The notes under the pieces were generated by a model that saw nothing but the letters and a program-made list of their open reading frames with translations, made no database searches and was not told the DNA's origin. 64,000 nt of DNA from Candidatus Heimdallarchaeota archaeon (GTDB taxonomy: Archaea; Asgardarchaeota; Heimdallarchaeia; JABLTI01): the NCBI GenBank assembly GCA_018238155.1, contig JABCTZ010000003.1, forward strand, positions 1 through 64,000, given 5' to 3'. Within the stretch, counting starts at the first letter, position 1, and each line of letters starts with the position of its first letter. Of the stretch, positions 58,028 to 64,000 are shown one piece after another. A program made the translations under genes and the position numbers.

Positions 58028-59239
58028 TTGATAAAAATGACTGCTCTAATTCTTAAAACAAATGATTTTGAATCAATCCTTATCACTAAAGCCCAAGGTT
58101 CCTGGGTTTGGGATACAGACGGGAAGAAGTATTTGGATTGTGTGTCTGGAACATGGACTTGTAATTTGGGGCACAAGCATTCAAAAGTTCTTCAAGATAT
58201 GAAGAAACAAATGGATAATATAATACATCGCTGTATGAGATTCCACACACCAACAACACTCAAAGCTGCAGAACAAGTGCTAGATTTTCTACCAAATAAA
58301 TATGATAAAATCACCTTCTTAAATAGCGGAAGTGAAGCAATGGAATTTGCAATTTCATTTGCACGAAATATAAGGAATAAAACAAAGATATTATCACTGA
58401 AGGATTCATATTTAGGAGCTTTTGGTGTTGCTAAGGAGTCCTCTTACACATCCACAAAAGCATCAAAACTGAAAATACCTTATCCTGAATGCAATTCAGC
58501 AAACTGCAATTGTTTAGCTGATTTTGAAACATTAATTAATCATATCATGGAAAATTACTCCTCAGAACTAGCGTGTTTTGTTCTTGAACCAATAATGGTA
58601 TCTGGTGGAATTCATAAAGCATGCAATAAATTCATTTCTAAATTATGCTTGCAATTACAGAAAGTAGGTGTTCTAGTTATTGCAAACGAAGTGACTACGG
58701 GATTTGGTCGTTCCGGTTTTAGATTTGGTCACCAATATTTCGATATTAATCCAGACATTGTTGTTATGGGTAAAGCTCTGGGAAATGGTTATCCTGTAAG
58801 TGCAATTGCAACTCGTTCAATTTTAGAATCAAAACTTAATCAGTCGGATTATTATTATGCTCAATCCCATCAATTGGATCCATTGGGAACAGCAGTAGCA
58901 AATTCTGTTGTAGGTGTGTTCAAAGATGAACAAATTATTGAAAAAAGTCAAGATAAAATTAAGCAATTTAATACGTTCTTCAAATCATTATTATATCCCT
59001 TTATCAAAGCAGTCAGATCTTATGGTATGATATTTGGCGTTCAAATTCAACCTCTAGAAGGTAAGACTTGCAAGGAATTAATACTCGAGATAAAAGATGC
59101 TCTTTTAGAGGAAGGTATACTAATCGGTATTAGTTTGGGGAAAGAATTGCTACGTCTTTTACCATCACTCACGATAACAGATGATGATATTAAATTCTTT
59201 ATGAAGAAATTTGTGAACGTATTGGATAAAGTAGAATGA
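58028..59239 (+). CDS. Class-III PLP aminotransferase
   Basis: D.DG..YLD, LGH, NSGSEA, EP, NEVTTGFGR.G and PDI...GK motifs. Confidence 0.9.
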   Translation: MIKMTALILKTNDFESILITKAQGSWVWDTDGKKYLDCVSGTWTCNLGHKHSKVLQDMKKQMDNIIHRCMRFHTPTTLKAAEQVLDFLPNKYDKITFLNSGSEAMEFAISFARNIRNKTKILSLKDSYLGAFGVAKESSYTSTKASKLKIPYPECNSANCNCLADFETLINHIMENYSSELACFVLEPIMVSGGIHKACNKFISKLCLQLQKVGVLVIANEVTTGFGRSGFRFGHQYFDINPDIVVMGKALGNGYPVSAIATRSILESKLNQSDYYYAQSHQLDPLGTAVANSVVGVFKDEQIIEKSQDKIKQFNTFFKSLLYPFIKAVRSYGMIFGVQIQPLEGKTCKELILEIKDALLEEGILIGISLGKELLRLLPSLTITDDDIKFFMKKFVNVLDKVE

Positions 59240-59531
59240 TTTAATAATTACTAATAACATCGGATAATTATATTGAGGTAATTCTCTGATTTCTTTCTTA
59301 AATAACAGATAATCTTTGTTATTAACTCATTCTTTCTGACAAAAATAAACAATACTCGGTCTTTTCTCGACAAAAAAGCTGAGAAGATACTTTTTTTCAA
59401 ACACAATAATAATCTTATTATATAATGAAAATCTTTAAAGAATTGTTGTTTAAGCAATTTGGGGCAAGAGAAAGATTATGTTTAATTATATCCAAATTTT
59501 TTAAGCAATTTGAAATAAATGGAGAAATAGA

Positions 59532-60044
59532 TTGATGAAGAGAAATAAAATAACTACATACTTAGTAATTTTTATGATAGGAATTAGTTTCCTTATTCCA
59601 TGTTTAGTGAATATTATCAACGTAAATGCAATAGGACATACTAAAATTAAAATAACTTGGTATCAATATTATTGCACCGAAGATTATGATGCCGACAACA
59701 ACGGTAATTTTTACATACAAGCAAAATTTTATAAAAATGACAATATACGTTACCGAAAGACTGTTGGAAAAACCATTACTCCAACAGTTCTCGCAACACC
59801 TGATAGATATATCATAATTTATAATTTACAGGAAGGTACTAATTTAGGAATTCGATTAATGGAAAATGATTTCATGAATGCGGATGATTGTGTGGTAACC
59901 GATTATATAAAAGATCAAGGTTATTATAATGATGGTTATTACAAGAATTTCTATATATCAGCTTCTTTTGAGTCATTTGATGGATATATATATAGTGCTT
60001 ACAATAGTGACTGGATCAAAATATCAATAATAAATCTAGGATAA
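59532..60044 (+). CDS. Secreted small protein, C2-like beta-sandwich
   Basis: Signal peptide; D.D.D..G.FY and L.I.LME.D...ADD acidic loops. Confidence 0.5.
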   Translation: MMKRNKITTYLVIFMIGISFLIPCLVNIINVNAIGHTKIKITWYQYYCTEDYDADNNGNFYIQAKFYKNDNIRYRKTVGKTITPTVLATPDRYIIIYNLQEGTNLGIRLMENDFMNADDCVVTDYIKDQGYYNDGYYKNFYISASFESFDGYIYSAYNSDWIKISIINLG

Positions 60045-60081
60045 AAATGAACAATTCAAATTTATCCTTTTTTTTGAAAAA

Positions 60082-62805
60082 ATGAGGTTGTCCATTATGC
60101 GAAGTTCTGTTTTCCCTTTGTTTTTTAAAAAAATTTCTAAGCAAACATCTCCAACATTTATTATTAGTTTAATTATTTTCAATTTTTTTGGAATAGTTTT
60201 CATTTCAAATGCTCTGATTTCAAAAACTCAATTTGAGGAAGGATTATCTCACGAAACACTAATTGACATTGATGGAGATATAATGCCTCCTGGTTTCGAC
60301 CAATTAGAAATTGAAAATATTCTGTATAATTTTGAAAATATTAACATTAGTAAAGACTTAGATTTGGATTTTGGTTTAGTAATTGGTATTCAAATAGACG
60401 ATGACAATGATAGTTTGATTATTCCATTTATTGGATTGAGTGAAGAACTTCTACATAAATTAAACATTACAAATAGTCATTCTGTTATTAGTGATATTGG
60501 AACAACACAAATTAATATCACTAACGTTGAAAATACTTCTAATCATTTAATGATAGAACTAAGTTCAAATGAAAATTTAATCAAGAATGAATTATATATG
60601 AATATTTTAAGAAAAAGTCAATTTCATAGTCTTGGATTAAGTTCTCAAATAATTGATTATTGGAAATTCTCAATCATTGGAAATTTGAGTTATTGTTTAA
60701 ATATTATTTCTGAGTTAGAAATTAGCAATGCTAAAGTAGGGGGATTCTTCTATGGGTATGTTAATAATGAATTATATAGTCAAACTACAATCAAGCAATT
60801 AGATAATCTAGTAGAAGAATTCGAGATTAAGTTATTTCAAAAGCTTATAATAATTGGCATAAATCCATATTCAATAGTTATTGAATCAAAATTAAGAACA
60901 GCAATAAATAATATTGAAGCCAATATTGGTGAAGAAATAATGTCTACTCAGTTTCTTAGTATTCCAAGTATCATACTAATATTATTACTAATCTTTTCTT
61001 TGGAATTGGGCATAACCTCTTATTTTAGAAAACTTCGATCAATACTTAATTCAAGAGGTTTATCTAAAAAAAGAACAAAAATCCTTTTTTTCACTATTGA
61101 ATTAGTTTCTGATCTTTTTGCATGTCTTCTAACTATACTCTTTTATTCAATTATGGTTTTTGTACTAAAAATCCATCATCCACTTATATTTATATTATTG
61201 AAATCTCTAGGAACCACTCTACTTATATTGGTTCTTTGCAAATCTCTAAATTTCTTTCTGTTAAAAGATAAGGAATTATTCAAGAACAAACAAGTAAATA
61301 AACACACTCGAAAGAAGAAAGAAACTAATAAACTAAAAATCATTAGCTTAGTATTACTTCTATTAATAATTTCATTACAAATAGTAAGGCATATTGAACC
61401 ATTATTTTGGTTTCCTATAATTTCAGGAATAAAAGGCATTCTATTTGATATAATCTCTTTAATTATAATTTTTGTTAATCTGGTTATTTTGTATTTACCA
61501 AACTCTTACACTACCAGAAAAACAAACCAAGAAAATATCGATTCTTTAATTAAAGGATTCTTTAATAAAACCGTAAAGAAAGTCAAAGTACATCGCATGG
61601 CAATTTTTGGTTTTTTCACGATTATGACCTTTCTGCTAGTAAATCTAACTACTACTAAACTGTATAGTACTTCTGAAAATAATGAATATCTTTTTGATTT
61701 CAGCATCTTAATAAAATCTTCTGAAGAGCTTGGAATTGAATCCAATGAAATATTCAATTTAACAAGAAATTTTCCAGAATTAAAAAACCTTACTCTTCTT
61801 AATACTTTTCCTAGTTCTATACTCTCAAAAAGAAGTTTGGATAGTGTACAGATTTTTGCGTTTAACAGTACTATCTATTCTTCGAAAAATCTAGGAAGAG
61901 ATAGATTTCTTTGTAATACAAAATTAACTAATAACGATATTTTTAGTAGGATGAACAAAACTACTATTATTCTCAACAAAAAACTAGCTGAAAAAATTGG
62001 CGCGAGAATTGGAAGTAATATCTCTTTAGAAGCAAATCATTTTGCTTCTGTTAATGGTTCATTTGTTTCAATTTCAAGAAATAATCTTAAGGTAATTGGA
62101 ATTCTGGATTCGTTCCATATTCCAAATATTTGGAGTTTTATTACTCCATTTGCATATATTGATTATACTCTATTTGAGGATTTAAGAGGAAGTAAAGGTC
62201 TACCAGTTCTTCCTATGGAGTTTTCTTTTGATCTTCAATATGAAGAAACGAATTCAACAATAATAGAAAATTTACAAATCCAAACAATTGAGAAAATCAA
62301 AGAAACATTGAACTTACATACTGGATCCATTACGATAACTGATTATGGATTACAATCAACTCATTATAGTGAATTGCATTATACGAGTCAATTATGTTTT
62401 ATTTGGATTGAGCTCATAATAATTATTATTCTACTACCCTTCACAACTCTTGCGCTTAATAGTAAAATGATGAAGTCATTGAAACCATTTCTTCGGATAA
62501 TTGAATCAAGAGGTTATAGTAATAAAATGATGCGAAGAATCTATACAAAAGAGATGTTTTCTACTCTAACCTCTAGTTTAATGCTTGGTATAACTGTTGG
62601 TTTGATAACTAGTAATATTTATTTATATTATCAAATACCAACCCTGTTTTTTACCTATCACTTGAACATATTTTATTCAATAATAGCAATTATCTTTGTT
62701 TTATTATTAGGGGGAATAAGTTCGATAGCAATAATACAGATTATTTCAAATAGAAATATTAAGACTCTTAGGACTAATGGAGACCAACAGATATGGCTTA
62801 CATAA
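60082..62805 (+). CDS. FtsX/MacB-like ABC permease (two halves)
   Basis: Two L.SRG.S loops, a 2x(1+3) TM pattern and large extracellular domains. Confidence 0.8.
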   Translation: MRLSIMRSSVFPLFFKKISKQTSPTFIISLIIFNFFGIVFISNALISKTQFEEGLSHETLIDIDGDIMPPGFDQLEIENILYNFENINISKDLDLDFGLVIGIQIDDDNDSLIIPFIGLSEELLHKLNITNSHSVISDIGTTQINITNVENTSNHLMIELSSNENLIKNELYMNILRKSQFHSLGLSSQIIDYWKFSIIGNLSYCLNIISELEISNAKVGGFFYGYVNNELYSQTTIKQLDNLVEEFEIKLFQKLIIIGINPYSIVIESKLRTAINNIEANIGEEIMSTQFLSIPSIILILLLIFSLELGITSYFRKLRSILNSRGLSKKRTKILFFTIELVSDLFACLLTILFYSIMVFVLKIHHPLIFILLKSLGTTLLILVLCKSLNFFLLKDKELFKNKQVNKHTRKKKETNKLKIISLVLLLLIISLQIVRHIEPLFWFPIISGIKGILFDIISLIIIFVNLVILYLPNSYTTRKTNQENIDSLIKGFFNKTVKKVKVHRMAIFGFFTIMTFLLVNLTTTKLYSTSENNEYLFDFSILIKSSEELGIESNEIFNLTRNFPELKNLTLLNTFPSSILSKRSLDSVQIFAFNSTIYSSKNLGRDRFLCNTKLTNNDIFSRMNKTTIILNKKLAEKIGARIGSNISLEANHFASVNGSFVSISRNNLKVIGILDSFHIPNIWSFITPFAYIDYTLFEDLRGSKGLPVLPMEFSFDLQYEETNSTIIENLQIQTIEKIKETLNLHTGSITITDYGLQSTHYSELHYTSQLCFIWIELIIIIILLPFTTLALNSKMMKSLKPFLRIIESRGYSNKMMRRIYTKEMFSTLTSSLMLGITVGLITSNIYLYYQIPTLFFTYHLNIFYSIIAIIFVLLLGGISSIAIIQIISNRNIKTLRTNGDQQIWLT

Positions 62806-63455
62806 CTATTGAATCGTTATATAAAATCTATCAAGGAACGGTAGAAACAGTTGCTTTAGAGAATTTCAATGGAAAAATCGATAAGGGTGAAGCTGTTGCC
62901 ATTGCAGGACCAAGTGGGAGTGGAAAGACCACTCTTCTATCCTGTATAGGTGGCGTTTTGAAACCAACTAGTGGACGGATACTAATAGATGGTCATGATA
63001 TTACCAAGCTTTCTGATGAAGAATTGGTTATTCACCGGAGAGATCAAGTGGGTTTAATATATCAAGACTTTAATCTGATAGATGAATTCTCTATCTTCGA
63101 AAACGTTAGTCTACCATTGCTCATCGCAAAAAAACCTTTTTCAGAGATTAAAGAGCGTGTTAGCTATCTCCTTGAAATTTTAAACATTCAACGCTATGAA
63201 AAAACTTTCCCAAACTTCCTTTCAGGTGGTGAGAAACAACGAGTAGCTATTGCAGTTGCTCTAGCAAATGACCCTGGTATTATCTTGGCTGATGAACCTA
63301 CCGGTAATCTTGATCTAGCTTCTCGTGGTACAGTTATTGATCTCCTTATTGAGAAAAGTAAGGAACTCAATAAAGTATTGCTTATTGCTACTCATGATCC
63401 TTTCATTATGGAAAAAGTTGACCGGGTCATCGAACTTCCCAAATTGCAAAGGTGA
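62793..63455 (+). CDS. LolD/MacB-family ABC ATPase
   Basis: [25 protein letters not shown] and ATHD motifs. Confidence 0.93.
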   Translation: MAYITIESLYKIYQGTVETVALENFNGKIDKGEAVAIAGPSGSGKTTLLSCIGGVLKPTSGRILIDGHDITKLSDEELVIHRRDQVGLIYQDFNLIDEFSIFENVSLPLLIAKKPFSEIKERVSYLLEILNIQRYEKTFPNFLSGGEKQRVAIAVALANDPGIILADEPTGNLDLASRGTVIDLLIEKSKELNKVLLIATHDPFIMEKVDRVIELPKLQR

Positions 63456-63462
63456 TTCTCTC

Positions 63463-64000
63463 TTGAAATTTTCATTACTATTTTTTAGAAGACATTGGAA
63501 ATTATATTCAAACCATTTCTTCTTTACTTTTCTAACTATTCTCATTGTTTGCTTATCCTCGCTAGGAGGTGCTACAGTTGATAGAATAACAATTGCTAGT
63601 TTTCTGGATGAACAAAGTAATGATTTAGAGGTTTCAGTTAATCTTAAGTGGGGCTATTCTTCAGCTAATTTTTCTGATCTGTCAACTAATCAATTAGCAT
63701 GGCTTGATATTAGATCTCAATGGGCAAGGTTAATTTCGAATGACTATTCACTTGTTTTCATAGATTACTTGATTAATGATTCACTGTATACTATTGGTAT
63801 TGATTTTGCTGATAAATCATATAATCAGAAGCTACAAGCATTTCCTTTCAGCTTTGTTAATTTTTTCAAAAACAATATTTCATTAGATTATTTCCAACCA
63901 AATACTGTAATGCCTTTTGATATCAGTATAATCTTTACATACGAATATCTAACTTCTTTAGACCTTTCTAGTTTTAATATTACGTCTGAAAATTCACAAA
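63463..64000 (+). CDS. Probable second FtsX-like permease (partial, runs off the window)
   Basis: TTG start; MKFSLLFFRRHWK then a TM segment; frame open to the window end. Confidence 0.65.
   Translation, partial: MKFSLLFFRRHWKLYSNHFFFTFLTILIVCLSSLGGATVDRITIASFLDEQSNDLEVSVNLKWGYSSANFSDLSTNQLAWLDIRSQWARLISNDYSLVFIDYLINDSLYTIGIDFADKSYNQKLQAFPFSFVNFFKNNISLDYFQPNTVMPFDISIIFTYEYLTSLDLSSFNITSENSQ

Noticed and set aside
1-64000. Selenoprotein or pyrrolysine read-through
   Set aside because: I noticed no gene truncated at an in-frame TGA/TAG at a catalytic position and no convincing SECIS. This was not exhaustively testable by eye.

Overview
AT-rich archaeal chromosomal window, most consistent with an Asgard archaeon, possibly Heimdallarchaeia-like. 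This taxonomy is inferred from the gene mix (small GTPase, uDENN/longin-like protein, RING zinc finger, LVIVD surface proteins, PGF-type anchors), not from a marker gene. It holds about 55 CDSs and two CCA-encoding tRNAs (Gly-TCC, Glu-TTC). Recognisable pathways are methanofuran/pterin biosynthesis (mfnD/F/E-like, PTPS, mptE, DUF447), F420 biosynthesis (cofD, cofE), archaeosine synthesis (arcS, raSEA, DUF366, queD), MNT/HEPN toxin-antitoxin genes and two ABC systems. The most notable observations are: (1) a full-length N-myristoyltransferase-like tandem GNAT; (2) a single-pass receptor with an extracellular LVIVD propeller and a cytoplasmic RING-like finger; (3) a circularly permuted family-5 solute-binding protein with a structured leader; (4) an NSUN6-like methyltransferase with both catalytic Cys replaced by Asn; (5) a uDENN/longin-like gene and a 7TM gene near a small GTPase; (6) a decayed tnpB 3' end; (7) an orphan tRNA 3' half. 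All family assignments come from motif recognition by eye, and no searches were run.
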